Assembly: GCA_963793135.1 (NCBI GenBank)
Contig: CAWBYX010000005.1
Coordinates: 129,203-193,202, forward strand
DNA from: an uncultured Verrucomicrobiae bacterium
GTDB lineage: Bacteria > Verrucomicrobiota > Verrucomicrobiia > Chthoniobacterales > JAFAMB01
DNA length: 64,000 bases
Direction of reading: 5' to 3'
Under the pieces are notes generated by a model. The model did no database searches and had not been told where the DNA came from. It saw only the letters and a program-made list of their open reading frames with translations. The position numbers were made by a program, and so were the translations under genes. Of this stretch, positions 31,430-40,867 are shown one piece after another. How positions within the stretch are numbered: position 1 is the stretch's first letter; every line of letters starts with the position of its first letter.

Positions 31430-31700
31430 CAAATTCTTCACCTGGGTAGACTTGCATCTAATCCAAGAGCAACGTCTGGTGTTCACTCTTGTTGATCTGG
31501 GAAAATAAGCCTCTCTCAATGAAGCTGACTTCGTTTTTGATTGAGATCGGGATTTATTTCGTCTGGTTTAACAAATTGAACGCGAATCCATGAATTATAG
31601 CTCAACGTAAGTTGCCATTAGAGAACAACTTCATTCCCTACTGCCAACTAGACTTTTCTATAAAAGAAGTTAAACTCCCGCCCGTTCGTCAGCTCAATCT

Positions 31701-32294
31701 ATGAAAATGATCCACTATTCGTTGATCGCTACCTACGTCGCGGTATTCGCGGCAGTCGACACACCTGACAAAGCCATGGCCTCGGATCCGCTCGATTTGC
31801 GATCCGCAATCTCTGCGATCGACTCGAATGAGCCGCTCCTGGCCCAGGCCGATGCTGGTTCGAATAAACCAGGTGCCAAAGGGCCCAAGGTGAACGTCGA
31901 TCAGAATGGCGTCATTCTAAAGGGATACGATCCAGTCGCCTATTTTAAACAAAACAAGGCGGTTAAAGGTGACGCGAAATATTCAAGTTCCTACGGAGGA
32001 GCGACTTATTACTTCGCATCCAGCGCCGATAAAGCCGAGTTTGACAGATCCCCAGTGAAATATGCCCCGCAGTACGGCGGTTATTGCGCGAGCTCGATGA
32101 GTAAGCGCAAGCTGAAAGATATCGATCCAAACGTTTTCTCGGTTTACAATGATAAGCTTTACGTTTGCTCAACTCCAAAGGCTAAAAAGAGCTTCTTCTC
32201 CGACCCGGACACCAATATCAAGAAGGCGGACGCTAACTGGCAGTTCTATCAGCCTCCGTCCAATCCGGGCTTCCGTCGCGAACTCGGAAGCTGA
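31701..32294 (+). CDS. YHS-domain protein, secreted
   Basis: 197-aa ORF with a signal-like N-terminus. GYDPVAYFKQNKAVKGDAKYSSSYGGATYYFASSADKAEFDRSPVKYAPQYGGYC is the YHS-domain pattern. Confidence 0.7.
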   Translation: MKMIHYSLIATYVAVFAAVDTPDKAMASDPLDLRSAISAIDSNEPLLAQADAGSNKPGAKGPKVNVDQNGVILKGYDPVAYFKQNKAVKGDAKYSSSYGGATYYFASSADKAEFDRSPVKYAPQYGGYCASSMSKRKLKDIDPNVFSVYNDKLYVCSTPKAKKSFFSDPDTNIKKADANWQFYQPPSNPGFRRELGS

Positions 32295-32477
32295 GATCCA
32301 GGAAAGTCAGGCACTCAAATGGCGAGTTCGCGGCAACGCGAACTCGGCCGAGAGTTCGATAGTTTACCGCTGAGCCCCGCAAATCTGGCGGTAAGATTTT
32401 TGGAAAAGCCCCATTCCATGCCTACCTACCCCGCGGACGGAATCAACCCACCGTCCCTTATTCCTGATCAGCTCTTC

Positions 32478-32879
32478 TCACTTCGCCGGCAAAATCCATG
32501 CGGATTGGTGAGCCTCGAAGCCGATGTGCGGATAGTAAGATTCTGCATGCGGGGCGGCCAACAGAATGATTTTCGCCTTATCTCCGAGTTTCGATTGCGT
32601 CAGACGAATCAACTCTTTTCCGATCCCGCTTCTTTGATATTCCTTGTCCACGGCTAGATCCGACAGATAACAGCAGTATTCGAAATCCGTTACCGAACGT
32701 GCCACTCCGACGAGTTTAGAATCGTCCCATGCCGTGCAAAGCAAGTCAGCATGCTCGAGCATCGCTCGGATGCAATTGTGATCATCGATCGGCCGGCGGT
32801 CCGCAAGTGTCGAGCGTTTCAACAGATCAACGAACTCCTGATCGGTAATTGGTCGTGAGTGCTGATAGAGAATTTTCAT
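32478..32879 (-). CDS. GNAT-family N-acetyltransferase
   Basis: 133-aa ORF. YLSDLAVDKEYQRSGIGKELI is the acetyl-CoA-binding Q/RxxGxG/A motif. Confidence 0.75.
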   Translation of the reverse strand: MKILYQHSRPITDQEFVDLLKRSTLADRRPIDDHNCIRAMLEHADLLCTAWDDSKLVGVARSVTDFEYCCYLSDLAVDKEYQRSGIGKELIRLTQSKLGDKAKIILLAAPHAESYYPHIGFEAHQSAWILPAK

Positions 32880-33541
32880 TTTTTGGTTTTAGCCAAAAGA
32901 TGCTTTTGGTAAGCGGACATTGCCGCCCGCGCGTGTTCGCGGAAGACGGCTTCCGTCCGCACGGGATCCCGGGTCCGGAGGGTTCTCAAGATTTCCCAAT
33001 GCTCGCGCTGGGCTTGGCGAAGACGGCGCGCGAACACGTCTTTGAGGAAATAGCGATGTAATCGATCCCAATGATCCAACACTTTATGCATCAACGCGCC
33101 AACCAGGCGGGTGCCTGATTTATCACAAATGAAACTGTGAAAATGTCGATTCTCCTGCGACCAGAGTTCCGGCTCGCTGAGCAGGGAATCCATCTTTAAA
33201 AGGATCGCTTCCAGAACATCGAAATCTGAATCGGACATGTGCTGGCAAGCAGCTCGTCCGCTGACCACTTCCATGGTTTCCAACAAGCTGAATACTTCAA
33301 TCACGGATTCTGACTCGATCGGAGCCACCTTTGCACCGAGATACGGCTCAATAACGACATAACCGTCGGCGTCCAGCTGTTGCAAGGCTTCGCGTACAGG
33401 AATAGGACTGACTCCGAGCTGTTTGGCCAGATCCTCGATCACCAGCCTGGTTCCCGGAATGAGTTCTCTATTTAGAATGGCGCTGCGAAGGTTTTCAATG
33501 ACCAACTCCTTCTTGCTGCGCGATGAAGCGATCGGTTGCAT
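32876..33541 (-). CDS. GntR-family transcriptional regulator (FadR/FCD subfamily)
   Basis: ORF 32876-33637. I place the start at the ATG at 33541 (MQPIASSRSKKELV...). The wHTH is LVIEDLAKQLGVSPIPVREALQQLDADGYVVIEP, followed by a helical FCD-like C-terminal domain. Confidence 0.8.
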   Translation of the reverse strand: MQPIASSRSKKELVIENLRSAILNRELIPGTRLVIEDLAKQLGVSPIPVREALQQLDADGYVVIEPYLGAKVAPIESESVIEVFSLLETMEVVSGRAACQHMSDSDFDVLEAILLKMDSLLSEPELWSQENRHFHSFICDKSGTRLVGALMHKVLDHWDRLHRYFLKDVFARRLRQAQREHWEILRTLRTRDPVRTEAVFREHARAAMSAYQKHLLAKTKK

Positions 33542-33563
33542 AATGATCCAGTGGTTGATCAGA

Positions 33564-34118
33564 TTAGACCACCTTGAGGAACCGATCCTTGACGAGCCGC
33601 AGTAATTCGCTGCCAGGCAGCCGCCAGAGCTCTTCATTAAAGATCTCGACTTCGATCGGACCGCCGTAGCCCGCCTCAGTCACCGCTTCGCGGAGGCGCT
33701 TGATCGGTATGACGCCGTCGCCCATCATGCCCCGACCGTTCAGTATATCAGGAACTGGCACAATCCAGTCAGCGACCGGTTTCTCGCAATAGACATGCTT
33801 TCCCGCTGCAATAGCCGCTTTGACCGCGGATGCTCGCTCTGAGGTCACTTGGGTATCAAAATAGATTTCAGCATCGGGATCGGACAAGGCCTCCTGGAGG
33901 TTGGTGGTCCAAAGCGTTATGCCATGCTCTTCGGCGAGCGAACGGAGCCGCCTTTCGTTTCTGCCGACCAAGATCGGTTCCGGCCAGAGGGTTTCACCGT
34001 TGCAGAGTTGGAGACCGCCTTGTTGTCGGATCGCCACAATGGATCGGGCGAGATGTTGAGCGCGTCCCATTCGGCCGGTGACGCCGTTCATAATGATTTT
34101 CAAGATTCGATTGGGCAT
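33564..34118 (-). pseudogene. chimeric ORF: Gfo/Idh/MocA Rossmann N-terminus fused in frame to the C-terminus of a xylose-isomerase-like TIM-barrel protein
   Basis: MPNRILKIIMNGVTGRMG...AAIAAGKHVYCEKPVA runs directly into DWIVPVPDILNGRGMMGDGVIPIKRLREAVTEAGYGGPIEVEIFNEELW. About 200 aa of the oxidoreductase and about 200 aa of the TIM barrel are missing. Confidence 0.65.
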
Positions 34119-34228
34119 AGCAACCGGAGAGTAAGATTTTTCTTGCCAGGGATTTCGCCATATATCATATATGATATACGAAGGTCCAGTTTCAAGATTA
34201 ATCCGTTTTCCCCTCCGGGTTCTGATCA

Positions 34229-35287
34229 ATGAGTAATGGTCTCCGAATCGCAGTTGTCGGTGCCGGTATCGGCGTCGAACATATCAAAGGCTATCAGGAA
34301 CTACCCGAGCTCTTTGCTGTCAAAGTGCTGTGCGACATCCGGATTGAGCACGCTGCAGCGGTAGCCGAAAAATACGGCATCCAAAAAGTTAGCGCTAGCT
34401 TTGACGAAGTCTGCCGCCGGCCGGACATCGACGTGATTGATATTTGTACACCACCAGCGTTTCATCCGGGCCAGATCGAAGCGGCACTCAAAGCGGGCAA
34501 ACACGTGATCTGTGAAAAACCGTTGGTTGGGAGTGTGGCGGCAGTGGATCTCGTTTCCCGCCTGGCGAGCGAAAGCGGCTGCCAAGTGATGCCAATATTT
34601 CAATATCGTTTTGGTCACGGCCTGCAGAAACTCAAATACCTGGTCGATCAGAAGTTGGCCGGCGAGGCGTTCGTCTTTAACGTCGATGTGGCTTGGTGGC
34701 GAGACAGCGAATATTATCGCAACCCGTGGCGCGGCAAGCGAGCCACCGAGTTGGGAGGTGCGCTGCTCAGCCAGGCGATTCACGCTGTGGACATGGTGCT
34801 TTACATCCTAGGGCCCGCGAAAAGCGTCTTTGGGCGTAGCACCACTCGCGTGAACCAGATTGAAGTCGAGGACTGTGTGGCCATAGCACTGGAAATGGCC
34901 GACGGGTCGCTCGGCACTATTTCCGTCACGCTTGGTTCCCTGGCAGAAATTTCCAGGCATCGATTTACCTTTCGAAATGTCACTGCGGAGAGCAATATTC
35001 AACCGTACGCTAATTCACGGGAACCTTGGGCTTTTTCTTTCAACCCTGCTGGAAATGAAAAGCAAATGAAGGATGCAGTTGATCAATTGGCTCCTCTTCC
35101 GGAACGCTATGCGGGCCAGTTTTATCGCTTTTATCAGGCTCTCCGGAACGGGAAAGAGCTGCCGGTCACGCTAGGGGATGCGCGTGCGGCGTTAGAAGTT
35201 ATCGCGGCAACTTATTACTCCAGTGAAAAGAATGAGCCGGTCAATCTACCGATCGGGCCGGGCCATCCGAGATACGAGACATTTTAG
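34229..35287 (+). CDS. Gfo/Idh/MocA-family oxidoreductase
   Basis: 352-aa ORF. LRIAVVGAGIGVEH, DVIDICTPPAFH, and ALKAGKHVICEKPL. Confidence 0.85.
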   Translation: MSNGLRIAVVGAGIGVEHIKGYQELPELFAVKVLCDIRIEHAAAVAEKYGIQKVSASFDEVCRRPDIDVIDICTPPAFHPGQIEAALKAGKHVICEKPLVGSVAAVDLVSRLASESGCQVMPIFQYRFGHGLQKLKYLVDQKLAGEAFVFNVDVAWWRDSEYYRNPWRGKRATELGGALLSQAIHAVDMVLYILGPAKSVFGRSTTRVNQIEVEDCVAIALEMADGSLGTISVTLGSLAEISRHRFTFRNVTAESNIQPYANSREPWAFSFNPAGNEKQMKDAVDQLAPLPERYAGQFYRFYQALRNGKELPVTLGDARAALEVIAATYYSSEKNEPVNLPIGPGHPRYETF

Positions 35288-35325
35288 TGCACCGTCTTTT
35301 AAGTGCCTAAGGGATTTAGAAGGCG

Positions 35326-36117
35326 GTGCACCAGTTCGAAGATATGACTGAAATAATGCGGCAGGTAGAGGCTTTTCCGGGTGCAATCGGAGTCACTCAT
35401 CTCAGAGTGTACGATAGTCTGGCGCCGGATGGACTGGCCGGCGGGAGCCCTCATATGCATTTTGCTTGTTCCGAAGCCTACCTGGTCATCAGGGGACAAG
35501 GGTTCGTGCAAACGCTATCCAGTGCCGGTTTTCGTGAAATTCCGCTTCGCGCCGGCTCGATGATCTGGTTTACACCGGGTCTGATTCATCGCCTGGTCAA
35601 CACGGACGCCCAGCTTGAAATCTTCGCCGTGATGGAAAACGCCGGATTGCCGGAGCATGGCGACTCTTTGCTCACTTTTCCGTTCAAGTATCTCAAGGAC
35701 GAAGACTCTTATTGGCAATCTGCATCTCTAGAAAGTGCCGGGTTGGCGCCTGCCGACCAGCAAGAAGCGGCCCGTGAGCGCCGGGATTTAGCAGTCCGAG
35801 GGTTTCAGATGCTCCGCGCCGAATTGGAACAGGGATCTTTGGAGACCTTTTACCAACAGGCGGCCCGGTTAGTGCAATCGAAAGAACCTGGCTGGCGCCA
35901 GATCTGGGAAGCTGGGCCGATGAAGACCATCCAGCGCACCAGGTCGTTTCTGGACAAGCTGAACCTCGGAACCGGTGATTACTTAAACGAGGGAAGAGTG
36001 TTTGAGGTACCGGTCGATCCTGTGTACGAATTGCGAAAGCTGGGGATGTGCGGAACACTCCGGCCTTACTTTCCAGAAGGCGCCTTGATTGCCGGGCCGT
36101 CGGAGCAGCAGAAATAA
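35326..36117 (+). CDS. cupin-domain protein
   Basis: 263-aa ORF (alternative ATG at 35344). GGSPHMHFACSEAYLVIRGQGFV...GSMIWFTPGLIHRLVN is a cupin two-motif pattern. Confidence 0.6.
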   Translation: MHQFEDMTEIMRQVEAFPGAIGVTHLRVYDSLAPDGLAGGSPHMHFACSEAYLVIRGQGFVQTLSSAGFREIPLRAGSMIWFTPGLIHRLVNTDAQLEIFAVMENAGLPEHGDSLLTFPFKYLKDEDSYWQSASLESAGLAPADQQEAARERRDLAVRGFQMLRAELEQGSLETFYQQAARLVQSKEPGWRQIWEAGPMKTIQRTRSFLDKLNLGTGDYLNEGRVFEVPVDPVYELRKLGMCGTLRPYFPEGALIAGPSEQQK

Positions 36118-36197
36118 TGAAGAATGCCGGAAAAACGCGAAAGTTAAACTGGTAAGGCGATAGTTAGCTTTGCCATCTCCACCCCTCGGGAACGAAC

Positions 36198-37446
36198 GTG
36201 AGAATCCTCAAACGCGGGATTATTTTCATCTTAATTTACTTGATCGCCGAATCGCTGGCAGAGGCGAAGACGTTAACCGTACTCCTCTTAGCTAACGCTA
36301 GTACTCAAGACCTAATCCAGAAGTTTCTCAAGGAGTACAGCCGGGATCATCCCGGAATCGATTTTAGCGTCTCGATAATTCCATACAGCTGCGCTGACCG
36401 CTAAGATCAATACCTGGTCACCGCCGGTGAACCTCCGGACATTCTGCAAGTGACAACGGCCTACATTCAGACCTACGCGGAACAAGCCTTGGATTTAGCG
36501 CAATACCAATAAAGCCAATCTACTAAGCCGATATCTCCCGAGTTATGCGGCTTTCATCAAGGCGGGAGAGAAAGTCATTGGAGTTCCGATTGAGGCAACC
36601 ATCAATGGCCTTTTCTACAATAAGGAGTTATTCAGGCAAGCGGGAACCAAGGTGCCGGCCGATTCCGACCACATCTGGACCTGGGCGGAGTTTAAAACAC
36701 TTTGGAAAAAGTGAAGCGGCTGCCATCCTGCCGGATCGGGGTCGCCTACGACTGTAGCGTCCAAAGGTGGTCTAACCTGCTCTACCAGGCAGATGGTCGT
36801 TGGATTTCTGAGGACGGAAAGCGGATTTTGCCAAATCCGGAAGCCGCCAAGGAGGCGCTCACCTATTTCAGGAGTTTAATCGAAGCCAAGCTGGTACCCA
36901 CCTCTTCCTGGCCTGGAAAGACTGACGGTGGTCCGCTCTTTAAAACTGGGGTTGCTGCAATGATGTGGGCAGGGAATTGGGAATTGAAGACACTCGTGGA
37001 AGGTGGAACTGATTTGCATTCGGAACGACTTTTTTTCCTAAGGCGGCGATCCGCGCGGCGTGTCCTGGAGGAGAGTTTTTGATTGGTTTAGCAAATTCGC
37101 CCAACCATGAAGATGCCGCAAAACTGTTGCTCTGGTGGGCGGAACCAACGACGACGAAGAGTTATCTGGAGGCCTCGGCGGTTCTCTGCTCAGTCCGATG
37201 AAGGATCTTCCTGTTAATTACTGGAAATACACGGAATATCTCAAGCCAATGCTGGACGATTTCGCGGTTACCCCTGAATGGGTGGCGGAGGATCTAGCGA
37301 GGCCGGAACTGAATTTGCTGCAGAACGATTTACTTGAACAGTTGATTCTTTACTCCACCGGCAGGACCCGGTTCGAGGAAACCATCTCTGCGATTAATCA
37401 ACTCGGCTCTCAGGTCCTCGGAAACAATCGCCCCGTAACTAAATAG
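36198..37446 (+). pseudogene. ABC-transporter extracellular solute-binding protein (family 1), at least six frame disruptions
   Basis: Colinear SBP sequence can be followed only by changing frame at about 36386-36391, 36412-36416, 36505-36508, 36699-36704, 37011-37017 and 37170-37182. Examples of the pieces: ...IIPYS | AALTAKINT | LVTAGEPPDILQVTTAYIQTYAEQALDLAQY | NKANLLSRYLPSYAAFIKAGEKVIGVPIEATINGLFYNKELF.... Confidence 0.8.
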
Positions 37447-37456
37447 AAAGCGGCTT

Positions 37457-37609
37457 ATGGCTTCGCCGGATATTCCGTTTGTCTTATCACCGGTGGTGGT
37501 TGCCACCTCCTGGAAATGGTTACTGAATGAAGACTTGGGCGTAATTGACGGCTTCCTTAAGTGGAGGCGTCAAGGGATAAGCAATCCGGATCTCACATGC
37601 AAACAGTAA
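37457..37609 (+). pseudogene. stub of an ABC sugar permease (MalF/UgpA-type) gene
   Basis: 50-codon ORF below the track cutoff. IPFVLSPVVVATSWKWLLNEDLGVIDGFLKW matches the conserved region of CUT1 permeases. The rest of the permease is absent and the ORF runs into the next gene. Confidence 0.55.
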
Positions 37610-38739
37610 AACTCGGAATTGTTGGAGTGGGCACAATGGGTGCGATCCACGCGCAAAGCGTCGTCGACGGCAGTATCCCGAGGTGCCAACTGACTGCTGT
37701 CTGTGATCCAAGGGCCGAACGCCTGAATCAATTCTCGTCCGTCGAAGGCTTTGCCTCTGTGGACGACTTTTTGCGCTCATCGGAAACGGACGCGGTTTTG
37801 ATTGCCACTCCGCATTACTCGCATACCACCATCGGTATCAAAGCGCTGGAAGCTGGCCGCCATGTGTTGGTGGAAAAACCGATCTCCGTCCATAAATCGG
37901 ATGGCGAACGTTTGCTGGCGGCCCATCGCGGCTCGAATCAGGTCTTTGCCGCCATGTTCAACCAGCGTACGGACCCTTTTTTTCTGAAACTCCGTCAACT
38001 GGTGCAATCCGGAGATCTTGGAGCGATCAGGCGCGTAAGCTGGACGATTACCAACTGGTTCCGCACGGAAGCCTACTATCAATCGAGCGACTGGAGGGCG
38101 ACCTGGGCGGGTGAGGGCGGTGGTGTATTGCTGAACCAATGTCCGCACAATCTCGATCTCTTTCAATGGATCTTCGGTATGCCTGCCCAAGTACGCGCGT
38201 TTTGCCATTTTGGCAGGTACCACGATATCGAGGTCGAAGACGATGTAACGGCTTACCTCGAATACTCAGACGGCATGACAGCCGTATTCAGTGCCTCCAC
38301 CGGGGAAGCGCCAGGCACGAACCGGCTCGAAGTGGCCGCCGAACGAGGCAGAGTGGTCATTGAAAACGATCTATTTCTCTTTACTCGAAATGAGGTGCCG
38401 ATGAGTGAGTTTTCACGGACAGATCCTGGTCGGTTTTCGGCGCCGCAGACTTGGGAAATCCGAATCCCAATCAGTGGCCATGGCCCGCAGCACAATGGAG
38501 TTCTGGGGAATTTCGTCTCGGCTATCCTGGATGGCACGCCGTTAATTGCGCAGGCTAGAGAGGGTCTTAATTCTCTGGAATTGGCCAACGCCTTTCTGCT
38601 CTCAACTCTGGAAAATCGGGCGATCAAACTTCCGATCGACGGGGCATTATTTAACCAGCATCTCCAAAAATTGATCGCTTCATCCACCCGGACGAAACCA
38701 GGAGTTTCAGGACGGATTCAGACGACATGCACTGATTAA
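37597..38739 (+). CDS. Gfo/Idh/MocA-family oxidoreductase
   Basis: ORF 37561-38739, with an ATG at 37597 (MQTVKLGIVGVGTMGAIH). DAVLIATPHYSH and LEAGRHVLVEKP. Confidence 0.85.
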   Translation: MQTVKLGIVGVGTMGAIHAQSVVDGSIPRCQLTAVCDPRAERLNQFSSVEGFASVDDFLRSSETDAVLIATPHYSHTTIGIKALEAGRHVLVEKPISVHKSDGERLLAAHRGSNQVFAAMFNQRTDPFFLKLRQLVQSGDLGAIRRVSWTITNWFRTEAYYQSSDWRATWAGEGGGVLLNQCPHNLDLFQWIFGMPAQVRAFCHFGRYHDIEVEDDVTAYLEYSDGMTAVFSASTGEAPGTNRLEVAAERGRVVIENDLFLFTRNEVPMSEFSRTDPGRFSAPQTWEIRIPISGHGPQHNGVLGNFVSAILDGTPLIAQAREGLNSLELANAFLLSTLENRAIKLPIDGALFNQHLQKLIASSTRTKPGVSGRIQTTCTD

Positions 38740-38760
38740 CAACGAACAGTCTCTTTCACG

Positions 38761-39831
38761 ATGAGCCAGACAGGTTACGATTATGCTCCCAAAGGGAAAC
38801 CGAGGCCGGTGTGCCACCCCGGTGATTTCCTATTTGCAGCGGTGGCACTTGATCACGGTCACATCAATGGAATGTGCAACGGGTTATTGGAAGCGGGTGG
38901 GCAACTGTGCTGGGTCTTCGATCCTGACCCGCTCAAGGTCCGAGCATTCCAGGAAATCTTTCCAGGGGTGGAAGCGGCCCAGTCGTTCGTTCAGGTTCTG
39001 GAAGATCCCAAAGTAAACCTGGTCGCTGCTGCTGCTGTTCCTTCCGAAAGAGGGCCTCTCGGCGTCCAAGTCATGAGAGCCGGCAAGAATTACTTTACCG
39101 ACAAGACCCCCTTCACGGATTTGGGACAACTGGCGGAGGCCAAGTCTGTCGCCGCCGAGCAGGGGAAAAAATATATGGTCTACTACAGCGAACGTCTTCA
39201 CGTCGAATGTGCGGTCTTCGCAGGTGATCTTGTGCGGGAGGGCGCAATCGGCCGGGTGGTGAATGTCTTGGGGCTTGGACCTCATCGCTTGAACGCTGAC
39301 GCCCGTCCGGCATGGTTTTTCGAAAGAGCGAAGTACGGCGGCATCTTATGCGATATCGGGAGCCACCAGATTGAGCAATTCCTTTTCTTCGCCGGAGCTT
39401 CCGATGCTAGCGTCACTTCCGCGCGGGTGGCGAATTATGCGAATAAACAGTACCCGGAACTGGAAGATTTTGGAGACGCGACTTTGATCGCGGACAATGG
39501 CGCCACTTCTTATTTTCGAGTGGATTGGCTGACTCCAGGAGGTCTGGGTACCTGGGGAGATGGCCGAACCATCATTTTGGGCACAGAAGGCTATATCGAA
39601 ATGCGAAAGTATATTGACGTTAGCCGCGAGCCCGTAGGCAACCATCTGTTTTTGGTGAACGGCGAGAGCGAACAACATTTTGCTCTCAGCGGAAAGGTTG
39701 GCTTCCCTTTCTTTGGGCAGCTTATTCTCGATTGCCTGAATGGAACAGACAACGCGATGACGCAGGCGCACGCCTTCAAAGCGGCGGAACTATGCCTCAA
39801 GGCTCAAGCCGCCGCTCGCCGGATCGCCTAG
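38761..39831 (+). CDS. Gfo/Idh/MocA-like oxidoreductase (divergent)
   Basis: 356-aa ORF. Rossmann-like FLFAAVALDHGHINGM...VNLVAAAAVPSERG...MRAGKNYFTDKTP. Confidence 0.65.
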   Translation: MSQTGYDYAPKGKPRPVCHPGDFLFAAVALDHGHINGMCNGLLEAGGQLCWVFDPDPLKVRAFQEIFPGVEAAQSFVQVLEDPKVNLVAAAAVPSERGPLGVQVMRAGKNYFTDKTPFTDLGQLAEAKSVAAEQGKKYMVYYSERLHVECAVFAGDLVREGAIGRVVNVLGLGPHRLNADARPAWFFERAKYGGILCDIGSHQIEQFLFFAGASDASVTSARVANYANKQYPELEDFGDATLIADNGATSYFRVDWLTPGGLGTWGDGRTIILGTEGYIEMRKYIDVSREPVGNHLFLVNGESEQHFALSGKVGFPFFGQLILDCLNGTDNAMTQAHAFKAAELCLKAQAAARRIA

Positions 39832-39958
39832 TGCTCTTCAATCGTGCTCGCCCTCGTTCTCGTTATCGACCTTCTGTCTTTTTTGCAGAAAGGTAGAAAG
39901 ATGTCCCGAAATATTCAAGTTCCTACAGGGAAGCGACTTCCTATATACTTCGCATCTG

Positions 39959-40729
39959 GTGAAAGCGACCTTCTCTACCTTGCTCCTTCTTTTGGCGGTT
40001 ATCCTAAGGGCGGCTGCCGACAGTCCCACTGAGTTAACAAAGACTTCCCAGACAGAATTCGATATCCCCAAAGAGGTTGTCGCATTCGTCTCCAACCTCA
40101 TCGAGACCAATCCTCAGGTTCGCCGCCAGTACGAAGGGCTGACCGCAGCCACCAGAGAGAATGCGGGCGGAAGGTTCAGCGTTGGCAATTTTGTTCCGAT
40201 TGAGTGGCTGGTCCCGAACTACGAGGGCTATACGAAGGACACGGGCAGCTCAAGCGACGGGGAATATATTTATCTCGTTCAGCAGCAACTTATCTTCGGC
40301 TTCCACCGTGGTTACAGTGTCGAGGACAATGTCGTGGCGCGTGTCCATGTCAGGTTGCACGAAGTAGACCCACCTGTTCGGAACTCCCTCAAAATGACCT
40401 TTGAAGGCTTCGTTACGGTCGCGCTGAGCCCAGCCGTTGCGCCCAGTTCGGTCTCAGAGACACCCGCTTTTGATCACTCCGCGGTAGACGCGGAGAGAAA
40501 TGGGAACATTGCAGACGATCCGCGCTATGCGCCACTGGATGCTCGTCTGAACAACGTCTATTCGGCTCTGCGGGCGAAGCTTTCTCCGGGAAAGAGGGAC
40601 CAACTGAAACAGCTCGAACGTGATTTTCTTGACCGGCGGGATCAAGTGAAAGACAACCCGGATAGCTTCTTCGCTCTTACCGAGCAACAGATTGCGGTTT
40701 TACAGCAAATGCTGAACGCTGTCCGCTAG
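39959..40729 (+). CDS. secreted hypothetical protein with a C-terminal DUF1311 (LprI-like) domain
   Basis: 256-aa ORF with a GTG start and signal peptide MKATFSTLLLLLAVILRAAA. The C-terminus LDARLNNVYSALRAKLSPGKRDQLKQLERDFLDRRD fits DUF1311. Confidence 0.55.
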   Translation: MKATFSTLLLLLAVILRAAADSPTELTKTSQTEFDIPKEVVAFVSNLIETNPQVRRQYEGLTAATRENAGGRFSVGNFVPIEWLVPNYEGYTKDTGSSSDGEYIYLVQQQLIFGFHRGYSVEDNVVARVHVRLHEVDPPVRNSLKMTFEGFVTVALSPAVAPSSVSETPAFDHSAVDAERNGNIADDPRYAPLDARLNNVYSALRAKLSPGKRDQLKQLERDFLDRRDQVKDNPDSFFALTEQQIAVLQQMLNAVR

Positions 40730-40867
40730 TGAAACCAGGCAATTAAGGTCGCGTTTTTGGCTCCTCAATCTGTTTCCCGGACGGCAGAGGGGAGATTTCG
40801 GCGCGCCTTTGATCTTCTACCCATTCAGGCGCGTCCGGTGCGAAACGTTCACAGAAAATCCAAGTTC

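Noticed and set aside
27286-32300. Genomic island integrated at tRNA-Pro, suggested by degraded genes and hypothetical proteins downstream of the tRNA
   Set aside because: There is no integrase or recombinase and no mobility genes. I could not find a direct repeat of the tRNA 3' end to mark an att site, so there is not enough evidence.
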